DNA of 64,000 nt from the human T2T-CHM13v2.0 reference genome, Homo sapiens: the NCBI RefSeq assembly GCF_009914755.1, contig NC_060940.1. One strand, 5' to 3'. Each line of letters begins with the position of its first letter. Within the stretch, counting starts at the first letter, position 1. Below the pieces are notes generated by a model. The model did not search any database and had not been told where the DNA came from. It was given only the letters and a program-made list of their open reading frames with translations. Position numbers and translations under genes: made by a program. Below, piece after piece: positions 13,910 through 25,539 of the stretch.

Positions 13910-16666
13910 TCTTACCTTCTATTTGTAGAAACTGATGTCATTTTAAAGTGGAAAAAGAAATGCAGAGAAGCTAGAAAAGCTAAGCAATCTTAAAGAGTGA
14001 AATTGATAAGGACTTTCACTGCCAGATTTCAAAACTTACGTAAAGCTATGGTAATCAAGAAGCTGTAGTATTGGTAATGAAAGATACATAGATCTGTAGA
14101 GGAGAATAGAGTCCAGAGAGATCCATACTTCTATAACCATTGATTTCTGGCCAAGGAAACTAAGCAATTCAATGGGGGAAAGAATTGTTTTAGCAATAAA
14201 TGGCACTGGAACTCATATCGATTTATAAAAGGAAAAACTACCACACGTCTCAAAAATTAATTCAACATGGATCATACCTATTAGCATAAAAGCTTAAAAC
14301 AATAAAACTGCCAGAAGAAACCACAGAAGAATACCTTTGCAAACTTGAGGTAGATATATTTTTAGACAGGAATGAGAAAATGTTAATCATAAGAGGAAAT
14401 TTTGATAAATTAGATTTTTATCAAAATTAAAAATCTTTATGAAAATACATTAAGAAACAGAATAGATAAGACAAACTATGTGAAACTATTCACAAAATAT
14501 TTATCTGACAAGCTCTTAAACCTAAATATGTGAAGAATTCCTCAAACCTCAATCATTATTTAAAAATTCATTTTTTTAGGGAAATCTGATTTTTAAAAAA
14601 GTTTTAATAGCTTTTGGGATATAAGTGGTTTTTGGTTACATGGATGAAATGCACAGTGATGAAGCCTGAGATTTTAGTGCACCTGTCATCCCAAGTACTG
14701 TGCATTGTATGCAATAGATAGTTTTTATCCCTCACCCCCTCTTGTCCTCCCCTCTTCTGAGTCTGCAACGTCCATTTTACCACTCTGTATGCCTTTGCAT
14801 ACCCATGTCTTAGCTCCCACTTATAAGTCACAACACAAGGTATTTGGTTTTTCATTCCTGAGTTAATTCATTTAGAATAAAGACCTCTACTTCCATCCAA
14901 GTTGCTGTAAACAATGTTATTTCCTTCTTTTTTAAGGCTGAGTAGTAGTCCATGGTGTATACATACCACATTTTCTCTATCCACTCAACGGTTGATGAGC
15001 ACTTAGGTTGATTTCATATCTTTGCAGTTGTGAATCGTGCTGCAATAAATATGTACCTGCAGGTATATATGACTTCTTTACCTTTGGGTAGATACTCAGT
15101 AGTAGGATTGCCATATCGAACGGTAGGTCTACTTTGGGTTACCTGAGAAATCTCCATACTGTTTTTCATAGAGGTTGTACTAATTTACATTCCCACCAGC
15201 AGTGTGTAAAGTATTCCCTTTTCACCACATCCATGCCGATATCTATTGTTTGACTTTTTAATAATGGCCATTCTGGCTGGGGTAAGGTGACATCTCATTA
15301 TGGTTTTATATGCATTTCCCTGATAATTAGTGATAAGAGCATTTCTTTAAATATGTTTTTTGGCCATTTGTCTATCTTCTTTTGAGAAGTGTCTATTCAT
15401 GTTATTTGCCCACTTTTTGATGGGATTATTTGTTGGGGTGTTTTTTCTTGCTGATTTAAGTCTCTTGTAGATTCTGGATATCAGTCCTATATCAGATGAA
15501 TAGTTTGCCAATATTTTCTCCCATTCTGTGGGCTGTTTATTCTGATTATTTCTTCTGCCATGCAGAAGCTTCGTAGTTCAGTTAGGTCCCATTGATTTAT
15601 TTCTGTTTTTGTTGCATCTGCCTTTAGGGTCTTAGTCATAAGTTCTTTGCCTAAGCCAACATCAAGCAGTTTTTCCTAGGTTTGCTTCTACAATTTTTAC
15701 AGTTTCAGGTCTCAGATTTAAGTCTTTAATCCATCTTGAGTTGATTTTTGTATATGGTGAGAGATAGAAATCCAGTTTCATTCTTCTACATGTGGCTATC
15801 CAGAAAAACTCAAATTTTAAAATGAGTAAAAAGACTTGAACAGGCAGTTCACAAAAGAAGGTATATGAATGGCCAATAAGAACGTGAAAAAGGGACTCAA
15901 TAGCCCTACTATCAGGGAAATGCAAACTAAAACAAAAATGAGATTATAATCCTATCTAGACACACTGAAGTGGTTGACATTTGAAAGACTAACACCACCA
16001 ATGGTTGGTAAGGATGTGGAACAATAGGAATTCTCCTACGTTAATGTCAGGAGTGTAAAACTCTGTAGCCCCTTTGGAAATCTGTCCAGCAGTTTCCCCT
16101 AAAGTTAAACGTTCACCCACGCTATGACCCAGGAATTCCACTCCTATGTGTTTAACCAAGAGAAATGAAAAGATATGGGCACAATATGAATTGTGAAAGA
16201 ATATTCATAGCAGCCTTATTCATAATAGCCAAAAACTGGAAATAACCCAAATGTCCTTCAACAAGTCAACAAACAACTGAGTTATAAACATATAAAGGAA
16301 TGCTCAGTAAAGAGGAATGAAACATTTATACATGCAACAACAGGAATGAACCTCAAAGACATTGTGTTGAAAAAAGCCAGATACAAAAGAATACATCCTG
16401 TACAATTCAATTTATGTAGAGTTCTAGAACAGGCAAAATTAATTTCTATTGAAAGAAATTAGAGCAGTATTTTCCTGAGGGCAAGGGGGATGGGGGACAG
16501 AATGGATTAGATGAGGCAGGAGGAATATTTTAGGGATGAAGGAAACGTTTTGTGTCTTGACAGGGATGTGGGTTACGTAGCTGTATGCATTTGTGAAAAC
16601 TCATTAAATTTGACTCTTAAGATCTGTGCATTTCACTGCATATTATTTATATGTCAATTAAAAAAC
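13910..16666 (+). mobile_element. Second old L1M (L1ME-like) ORF2-to-3'UTR relic, split by an L1PB
   Basis: ORF2 remnants (aaagctatggtaatcaaga); 3'UTR (aagatctgtgcatttcactg...caattaaaaaa); sequence continues across the 14590-15803 insertion. Confidence 0.7.
14590..15803 (-). mobile_element. L1PB-type 5'-truncated element
   Basis: tttttggttacatggatgaa...gagattttagtgcacc is the L1PB 3'UTR reverse complement, followed by ORF2 C-terminal sequence. Confidence 0.88.
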
Positions 16667-16823
16667 AAGGATCTAACATTTCAAAAGGAGAAAAGGGGAA
16701 AATAAAACATGTACAAAAGCCTGAGAAAATATCGGGAGGCAGTTAAGCAGTGATTAATAGCACGCAGGCATCAATGGAGGGCACCAAATCATGTTGAAAT
16801 ATTTGTATTCTTTAAAAATTTGT

Positions 16824-17128
16824 GGCTGGTTGCAGTGGCTCATGCCTATAATCCTAGCACTTTGGGAGGCCTTAGGAGGATCACTTGAAGCCAGGAGTTT
16901 CAGATCAGCCTGGGCAAAATAGCGAGACATCTTCTCTACGAAAATAAAAATTAAATGAAATTATCTGGGAATGGTGGTATGTGCCTATAGTCCTAGTTAC
17001 TTGAGAGGCTGAGGTAGGAGGATTACTTGAGCCCAGGAGTTTATGGCTGCAGTGAGCTATGATTGTGCCACTGCACTTCAGCCGGGGCAACTGAGTGAGA
17101 CTATCTTAAAAAAAAAAAAAAAAAAAAA
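16824..17128 (+). mobile_element. AluJ
   Basis: ggaggattacttgagcccaggag and gctgcagtgagctatgatt; TSD aatttgt. Confidence 0.9.
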
Positions 17129-17374
17129 GATAATTTGTTTTTTGAAATGATTCATTCTCCAGTGTTATCTATGATTGCTGTAAGTAATTCCTCCTGCCCC
17201 TCCTGTTGAAGCATACTTACATGGAGAAATATGCTAATTTTCTAGTAAGTTTACAATGGTGCCCTTAAGTATATACAGTTGGTTGGTCAAACCATAAAGC
17301 TGTAATCTGGTCTTTACCACTTACCAAATGGCACTGTCACCTACGTGAGGCCCAGGTAGTCAAGAATAAGCACC

Positions 17375-17737
17375 TGTATCAGTTCATTCTCACACTGCTA
17401 TAAAGAACTTCCCGAGACTGGGTAATTTATAAAGAAAAGAGGTTTCATTGACTCACAGTTCCACATGGCTGGGGAGACCTCAGGAAACTTACAACCATGG
17501 CAGAAGGCAAAGGGGAGGCAAGTGCCTTCTTCCGACGCAACAGGAGCAAGAATGAATGCAGGAGGAACTACCAAACAACAGCTCTCGTGAGAATTCACTC
17601 ACTATCATGAAAACAGAATGAGGGAACTGCCCCCATGATTCAATTACCTCCACCTGGTCTTTCCCTTGACACGTGGGGATTATGGGGATTACAATTCAAG
17701 ATGAGATTTGGGGTGGGGATACAGCCAAACCATATCA
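17375..17737 (-). mobile_element. THE1C/D MaLR solo LTR
   Basis: tgtatcagttc...aaaccatatca; perfect TSD GCACC. Confidence 0.92.
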
Positions 17738-18554
17738 GCACCTGAATGCTGAGCTGCCAGATGTGATATGAAACAATGAACGTGATCACAGTATAGATCA
17801 TTCTCAATTCCCCCTTAGCCTTTTTGGTGTTTATCCCAACAAGTGGGGCTTTTGTACACATTGGGCTCTAGTTTTCCTGAAACCATTTTCAGATGCTTTA
17901 AATGTACATGATATACCAAGAGATATTAAAGAAGCTTTCATCAAGTCACTTGGTGGGGATGACAAATTTAACCTAATTGTAGATCATGCATTCAAAAATA
18001 AATAAGCAGAACGCCAGATAGCTTAAATGTAGAGTAAACCATTTTTACTGGTGTTGAGAGGAGTGGTCTCATCTTTCCCCCACCCTCTTCCTTGGGTCTG
18101 GAAATTACCAAAATAGGATAATAAAGAGATCAGTTGCTGAGGGTGCTGAATTCAGACATGAAACAAATCATTTTTGTATAGTAACTCCCTAGATACTTAC
18201 CATGAGGAGGCCCATATTGGCAGGGTGAGATGCTGACTGGTCTCTAAGATGCTGTATTTGGAAGGGTCTGAAGTCTTAGTCTACACTCATTTCTTACTCA
18301 GAGTGCAGCCGTTGGATTGAATACCACACGTGATTAGAAGTGGTTGGGTGCCCAAGTAACAAATAAGAGTCATCCTGCTTAAGGACAGAATAAAGCGAGT
18401 GTTCAGGCCTGGGTTTTCTCTTAGCAAATACAAGAGGTTGGTCCCAAGAGTTTACTTCAAACGCCTACACCTGATGTAAAGCTGGGGCAAGTTAAATAGA
18501 GCAGATGAGTCACACCTGAATCCTTCCCACTCCCATCCTCCTGAAGGATGTAGA

Positions 18555-18721
18555 CCTCTCACCACCCAAAGTGTGGCCATGAGTCAGCAGCATGAGCACT
18601 GCCCTGGAGCTTGTTAGCAATTCCGAATCTCAGACCCCTCCCCAGACCTACAGAAACAGAGTCTGCACTTCTACAAAATCTCCATGTCATTCATATGCAC
18701 ATTGAAATTTGAGAAATACTA
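18555..18721. mobile_element. MER5A hAT-Charlie MITE
   Basis: caaagtgtgg...gagcttgttag...cacattgaaatttgagaaatact. Confidence 0.8.
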
Positions 18722-18740
18722 GTGGGAGTTAATTTGCTTT

Positions 18741-18889
18741 TATATAAGAAACAGATTGCTATGAGGGTTAAATCAGTTAATATTTGTAAAACATGTGGGA
18801 CACACACATTTATTGTTCCACATGTTTTACAAATATTAACTGATTTAACTAATTAACTGATTTAACCCTCATGGCAATTTTCTTATGTA
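18741..18889. repeat. Inverted repeat (hairpin) with a 32-bp perfect stem, MIR-derived
   Basis: 18767-18798 is the exact reverse complement of 18818-18849; the outer stem continues past a 17-bp tandem duplication. Confidence 0.95.
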
Positions 18890-19050
18890 GGTATTTTTGT
18901 TGTCTCTGCTTTGTCTCCATTTCAAGGAAGAGAAACATAGGGCTCAGAGAAGTTAAGTGAGTTACCCAAGGTCACACAGCTGGTAAGTGGCAGAGCTGTG
19001 ACTTAAAGTCTAGAAACCTAGTTCAATTTTCCATGCCTTTGCCACTCCAT
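18820..19050 (-). mobile_element. MIR SINE
   Basis: ggctcagagaagttaagtgagttacccaaggtcacacagctggtaagtggcagagc. Confidence 0.88.
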
Positions 19051-20154
19051 AATGTTGTTTAACAATAGTATATTGTTTAAATGATTCCAAGGAGAAACAA
19101 AAGATGTTTTGTACATTTGGGGAGAATCCATTTGTGTGTCCGGCCAGTTAATTCTACTGTGATTTAATGATGGACTTTAACATACTGATTTTTCTACCCT
19201 AAAAGGTACAAGATGAGGTTGCACTTATTTTAAGTGCTCTCTCCCAAAGAATCCAAAGATGTTTCTCCTATATTCTGTAAAATGGCGTGCTTGCTTAGTT
19301 TTCCCATTGAGGGTTGGAGAACTTGCGTACATTATCGGCTAGGTTTACTATTCTTATATACAAACCTGGAAAGGTTGCTTGAACTAATAACATAATGACA
19401 GGAGATGATTGAATCCACAATATGGAAAGCATTAAAACAATTTATTATATGATTTATATAAACAACTGCGCATCAAACAACAAATAGCCAGATTACTATT
19501 GTACATTTCTGGTATTAATTCAAATCTCTCCGCACCAAAGAATTAGGGAAACCATCAGGCACATGTACCATAAGGAAATGATTCTGAAATAATTATCAAA
19601 ATGTCCATGTCTCTGACTATTCCATGTCTCAGAGGAGTGCATAGCAGACTAGTTACTTTCTGTTAGAAGCTCTTTCCATTAATCTCAATAAATAACATTT
19701 ATTAAACATTTTGGTGTTGGATTTGCAAAATGCACACAATATCTGTCTGGACTGAATTCTCTATGATCCTCTGCAGTAGGGGATTTAAACAGGCCAGGCT
19801 GACTTCTGGCATCACTGCACACAACTCTTAGGAAGTGTGCTATGTAAAAAACTGCCCCTTGTTATGTAGGAAGGCTATTCATGCTAGACTTTTTTCCTGT
19901 GTTACTCTATGAAATGTCCCCTAGGTATTGTAGCTGTTTGTATTTCCTCTTCCTTTATGTTTGGGAAAAAGGCTTAAATTGTATTTTTGATTGACTAGAG
20001 TATTCTCTAGAAGGCCTATTTGTTCTTGTCTAAATTATGACCATAACCAATGGCCTTATTCCAAGTACCTTTTCATTTTCAAACTGGTATTTACATGGAT
20101 AGCACCTAAAATTCTCTGAAACATGCTTTTTGAGAGGCAGCCTGGTATAAAGCA

Positions 20155-20290
20155 ATGATTTAAAACTTGGCCTGCCTATTAGAATGGCCTGGAGTACATT
20201 TTAAAAATACCAATGTCCAGGCTCCACCCTTAAGATTCTCATTTGATTAGCCTGGAGTAAAGCCTGAACTCTGAATTTCTAAAACAACCA
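20155..20290. mobile_element. MER5B-like MITE
   Basis: ttagaatggcctggagtacattttaaaaataccaatgtccaggctccacc. Confidence 0.7.
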
Positions 20291-20980
20291 TGGCCACTGT
20301 AAGGATTAAATGCAATACTGAAGGTGAGGCAGTAAACAGGGTGATTGGCACAGTTATTGACTTGACAAATGCCAGTTGTTCTTTGTCACCTGTGCCCTCC
20401 CAGTTTCTGCTGAGGCAAAGGGAATGCCTAAAATATGGTTCCACTTAGGTGGCAGCAAGGTCAGCGAAGCTCATTGGAGCAACTCATTAGAGTAGAAAAT
20501 GATAGCAAAGGGAGCCGTAGCCAGACACTGACAGGACAGTGACACAGAAGGATTTCATTTTAATGCAGGGCAAAAGGTCAGGAGAGTGACAGAAGAAAAA
20601 GTCAGATTTAGTAAAATACAATCACCTGGCAACTTTAAAAGGGATCATTGCCAATTCTTCTGCCACTGCATGGACATTTTACTCAGAAAAATTCGGGGGT
20701 AGAGGAGGAGAAAAATAGTCTCCATTTATCTTATTATCAGGATTTAAATAGAAAGGTCAAGTCTGAAGTTTTGGGCCAAGAAAGAGTTGCTAATGGAAGT
20801 TAGGGAACCTTCTTGAGAGGAAGATATGAGCCACAGACTTTCTCAAGTCTTAGCCAATACCCTGTTCTCTCTGTACCTCTTTTAGGGCAAAAACAACAAC
20901 AACTAAAACCACAGGGAATTACCATATGACAAGCAACATCATTACTTTATATACTTGCAATAATAAACACTGTTAGGTAG

Positions 20981-21043
20981 ATATTCATTCATTTGTTCAA
21001 CATACATTTAATGAGCACCTGCTAAGTACCAGGCCCTATGCTA
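20981..21043 (-). mobile_element. L2 3' end fragment
   Basis: attcattcatttgttcaacatacatttaatgagcacctgc. Confidence 0.7.
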
Positions 21044-21058
21044 AGAAAACTCTGATTT

Positions 21059-21919
21059 CAAAAACAAACCCCATTTAAAAAGTGGGCAAAGGACATGAAC
21101 AGACCCTTTTCAAAAGAAGACATACATGTGGCCAACAAACAATTGAAAAAATGTTCAGCATCACTATTCATTAGAGAAATGCAAATCAAAACCACAATGA
21201 GATACTATCTCACACCAGTCAGAATGGCTATTATTAAAAAGTCAAAAAATAACAGATGCTGGCGAGATCGTAGAGAAAAGGGAATGCTTAAACACTGCTG
21301 ATGGGAATGTGATTCATTTGACAATTATGGAAAACAGTGTGGCTATTTCTCAAATAACTTAAAACAGAAGTACCATTCCACCCAGCAATCCTATTATTGG
21401 GTATATACCCAAAGCAATATAAATCATTCTATTATAAAGATACATGCATGTGTATGTTTATTGCAGCACTGTTCACAATATCAAAGTCATGGAATCAACC
21501 TAAATGCCAATCAACAGTAGACTGTATAAAGAAAATGTGGTATGTATACACCATGGAATACTACACAGCCGTAAAAAAGATTGAGATTATGTCCCTTGCA
21601 GCAACATGGATGGAACTGGAGGCCATAATCCTAAGTGAGCTAACGCAGGAACAGAAAACCAAATTCTGCATGTTCTCACTTTATAAGTGGGAGCTAAACA
21701 TTGAGTACACATGGACATGAGGACAGAAGCAACAGACACCAGCACCTACTTGGGGTTGGAGACTGGAAGGAGGGCAAGGATCAAAGAGCGCCTATCAGGT
21801 ACTATGCTTATTGCCTGGGTGATGAAATAATCTGCACACCAAACCCCCACGACACATAATTAACCTCTATAACAAACATGCACAGGTACCCCTGAACCTA
21901 AAAATAAAGTCAAAAAAAG
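21059..21919 (+). mobile_element. 5'-truncated older L1PA (about L1PA15/16): ORF2 C-terminus plus 3'UTR
   Basis: ORFs 21095 and 21397 translate to L1 ORF2p C-terminal motifs ([33 protein letters not shown]); TSD agaaaactctgattt/agaatactctggttt. Confidence 0.92.
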
Positions 21920-21942
21920 AGAATACTCTGGTTTTGTAAGTG

Positions 21943-21968
21943 TTACTTAGCTTCATGAAGCTAAGTAA
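21943..21968. repeat. Perfect 26-bp palindrome
   Basis: ttacttagcttcatgaagctaagtaa equals its own reverse complement. Confidence 0.95.
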
Positions 21969-22289
21969 TTTTTCTTAAAAAAGTAAATTACAGAGTTGGG
22001 TCCTGATCTTAGTTCTGACTTCAAATAACATTTAGAAATGAGAAGGTCTCCAGTCGCTGGGGAATTGAGAAGATGTGATATCCCTGATTTGAAACTCTTA
22101 CTTCAAACTTCCTCTCCACCCTTCCTCTCCACCAATCCCAGTAAGCTTTCTCCTGTCTTACTTCATATTGAACTTCAAGTGCCAGCTTGCCTATCCCCTT
22201 CTTCTCGAAGCCTTTCTCAACCCGTGTGAGCTGACTCTCCATTTGTAGGCCTCTGGCAGCTTGTGCAGGCATCTGTTGTGGAAAATTAC

Positions 22290-22400
22290 ACTGCATTACA
22301 ACTATTTACTTGTCTGTCTTCCCCAGTGGACCATGAGATCCCCAAAGATAGAGGTTACTCATGATTCATATTTGTATCCATCGGACCTGGCATAAATGCT
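22290..22400 (+). mobile_element. L2 3' fragment
   Basis: tttacttgtctgtcttccccagtggaccatgagatcccc...tttgtatcc. Confidence 0.6.
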
Positions 22401-22402
22401 CG

Positions 22403-22479
22403 ATTCTGGGTGCTGGGGACACACTGGTGAACAGACAGGACAATACAGAATACAGCTTTGTCTTCACAGAGTTAGGAGT
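22403..22479 (-). repeat. L2-derived left arm of an inverted repeat (partner at 23484-23568)
   Basis: Reverse complement aligns to 23484-23568 with 4 substitutions and 2 indels. Confidence 0.92.
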
Positions 22480-22487
22480 CAGGATAC

Positions 22488-22640
22488 AAGAAAGGAAGGG
22501 ATGGAGGGAAGGAGAGAGGAGGAGGAATAGAGGAGGGAGGGAGAGAGGGAGGAAGGAAAGGAAAGAAAAGGAGGGCAAGGTGGGGTGGAGCCGGGCCAGG
22601 TGAGTTGGAAAGGGAAAGGGAAGGAAGTGGAGAGAAAAGA
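22488..22640 (+). repeat. GA-rich polypurine low-complexity tract
   Basis: Runs of aagg/gagg/gaag. Confidence 0.85.
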
Positions 22641-22848
22641 TTTCAGTGAATTTTCCAATGAGGTCTGAGCTGGATATGAGATTTGAATCAACAGGGCAGG
22701 GACTGAATGAACAGGGCTCACTTTCCCTTGCTGGGAAATCAGTTCAAGAAAAATCACAAGGAAAGGCATGTGGGATTATGTGGAGAGCCCATTAGGGCTA
22801 CTGCCTGGCTTGGAGGGAAGGTTTCAGACTAAGCTGAGAAGGAGCCTA

Positions 22849-23259
<411 letters not shown>

Positions 23260-23483
23260 TTAGGCCAGCCCCAGCCCTGCTATCAGAGCTCACAGTCCCA
23301 CAGAATAAACCTGTTGTAGGAGACAAAATGAAATCAATTAGAGTCCTCACCCAAGGAGTGATGCAATGTAAGTAGAGTTTGAGGACCATTTATCTTGTTC
23401 AGAGTGAAGGAGAAAAGGAAGAAAGGGGGAGCGGGAGAGAATAGAGAAAAGAAGGGTGGAAAATGGTAAGAAGCATAAACTAA

Positions 23484-23605
23484 ACTCCTAGCTCTGTGAA
23501 GGCAAAGTTGTATTCTGTATTATCCAGTCTTAGTCTGTCTGTTCACCAGTGTCCCCAGCACCCAGAATAGCACCTGGCCATAGCAAAGGCTTAAGAAATA
23601 TTTAT
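23484..23605 (+). mobile_element. L2 3' end (right arm of the inverted repeat)
   Basis: tgttcaccagtgtccccagcacccagaatagcacctggccatagc...aaatatttat. Confidence 0.85.
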
Positions 23606-24048
23606 GGGATGGCATGAGATGATATGGAATGGGATAGGATGGGGTGTGTAGGGTGGGATGAAATGGAATGGAATAGGATGGGGTGGGATGAGATGAGATG
23701 GAATAGGAAGAGATGGGATGGGGTGAGATGGAATGGGATGGGATAAAATGAAATGGGGTGGGATGGGATGGGATAAGATGGGATGAGATGGAATGGGATG
23801 GGATGGGGTAGAGTGGGATGGGGTGGGATGGTATGGGATGGGATAAGATGAAGTGAGATGAGATGGGATGGGATGGGATGGAGTGGATGGAGTGAGTGGG
23901 GTGGAGTGGATTGAGATGAGATGAGATAAGATGGGATGGGAGGGGATGGAATGGGGTGTTATGGGGTGCAATGGAATTGGGTGACATTAGATGGGATGGA
24001 ATTAAATGGGATGGGGTGTGGTGGGGTGGGATGGAGTGGGATGAGATT
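23605..24048 (+). repeat. Degenerate pentamer array (GGATG/GAATG/AGATG/GGGTG)n, satellite-III-like
   Basis: About 440 bp with clear 5-bp periodicity. Confidence 0.92.
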
Positions 24049-24094
24049 GCAGTTAATTGAGGGAAAGCAGTAGATGATCCTTGGGCTGGGTGTC

Positions 24095-24745
24095 ATGGTC
24101 TCTGGTGTTCCATCCTTCCTGACTCTGCCATTGACCAGCCTAGTGACCATGAACTTTGAGTAGCTTTTTTTCCCTTCATTTTCCTGTCTGTTTAAATGAT
24201 GGAATTCCAACTTGTACACTTGTTTTCCACAGAATTTGAATAGTTTATATGTTCAAAATAAAGGGTGCATGATCAGCTAATTTTGGACCATGCTAGGTTA
24301 AAGAAACATACACAAGCCTCTTGACCATGGAATATCTCAGATATGAACACTCCTGTGTGAACCAGAAAGCTCCAAGAGAAGGGTAGAATACGCTGTAGTC
24401 CCCAAACTCATTTCATTACAGAACCCCAACTCTCTTTTTTTTTTTTTTAGACAGGGTCTTGCTCTGTCATCCAGGCGGGAGTACAGTGCTGCGATCTTAG
24501 CTCACTGCAACCTCCACCTCTCAGGCTCAAGCAATTCTCCTACCTCAGCCCCGCAGGTAGCTAGGACTATAGGCATGCACCACCATGCCTGTCTAATTTT
24601 TTAAATTTTTTGGTAGAGACAGGGTTTCACCATCTATTTTTTTCACTGTCTATCTTATAAACTAATTTCAGCTAGAAAAGGAACTCGCTAAACACTACCC
24701 TGGATGATCTCCAGGGCCTCTTCAACTCTAACAGTCTGTGACTTC
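24095..24745. mobile_element. Nested set: a MIR interrupted by MER103C (about 24260-24700), itself interrupted by an Alu
   Basis: MIR 5' part at 24095-24200 and 3' tail ctggatgatctccagggcc at about 24700; MER103C motifs ctccaagagaaggg and ccccaaactcattt. Confidence 0.6.
24435..24633 (-). mobile_element. 5'-truncated AluJ
   Basis: Poly(T), right monomer with ggctcaagc, ending shortly into the left monomer. Confidence 0.88.
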
Positions 24746-25539
24746 ATCCAAGTACACCAAAGCAAAGATGACCATGTAGATTCAGATTAGCTAGTGGCCT
24801 ATTTTAGCTAGTGTGGAGAGTGACGGGAAAAGAGGAGCTCCTTTTTTGTGAGATGGGACAAAGTGTAGTCACAAGGAGACTTGAAGGCCCAGTGAAGAAA
24901 TCTGTGATTGTTATGCAGGATGAGACCTGGAATTATACTCAAGAAAAGCAAGCCATGCCCTGTGTGAGGCATTGATATTCTGGCATGGTTTTTAATTTCC
25001 CATCTTTGGGATTAGGTATGTCAGAGAGGAATCCTTTGGCCACGAAGTCTCAATACATCCCAGAGCTTTTATTTTGTTACCAATTTCCCTACATTGTGTG
25101 ATTTCTTTGAGAATCATAACCATGTGAATATTTGACAATTGAATGGTATGAACATCTTGAAACATACAGTTTTCCCCAGAGCTGAATTTCATACTATAAT
25201 CCGAGGTGATCTCAGTTGCCAGAAACACTCACGCCATTAATGGATTTGGAGGGAAGATGCTGGTAATGAGATTTTCAAATGCGAATTGTTTTGCTTTCAA
25301 ATGCAGGGTGAAATCCAACGAAATATTACCTAGACACGCCAGTGTAGTAAGTCCAGCTGATCAAATGAATGTTTGGTGTGTGTTTTATGCAGGCCTTTTC
25401 TGTTTCAAATAAAAGCTGGAAGGGGTTCCATGTTATTATTTCTGATGGGATGGGTCTTAAGCCTTGGAGTGGAATAATCCTTCCATATCCTGGGGTACAC
25501 TCTGGGCCTCTTCACACCTACAATCTTGAGAAATTGATT

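Noticed and set aside
12960-17680. PRDM9 hotspot motif in the THE1 LTRs
   Set aside because: Neither copy matches CCNCCNTNNCCNC at the relevant position (gcctccccctgaca; tttcccttgacac).
18193-18205. atacttacc resembling the U1 snRNA 5' end or a minus-strand donor
   Set aside because: Only 9 nt match, with no further U1 homology and no supported partner acceptor.
20440-20460. CTCF-like ccacttaggtggcagca
   Set aside because: The 5' half of the core is out of register, so the match is too weak.
21095-21720. ORFs resembling a real protein C-terminus
   Set aside because: Broken L1 ORF2p remnants of a 5'-truncated L1.
23520-24219. Pro/His/Ser/Ile-rich ORFs of 86-155 aa
   Set aside because: Artefact of the stop-poor pentamer repeat.
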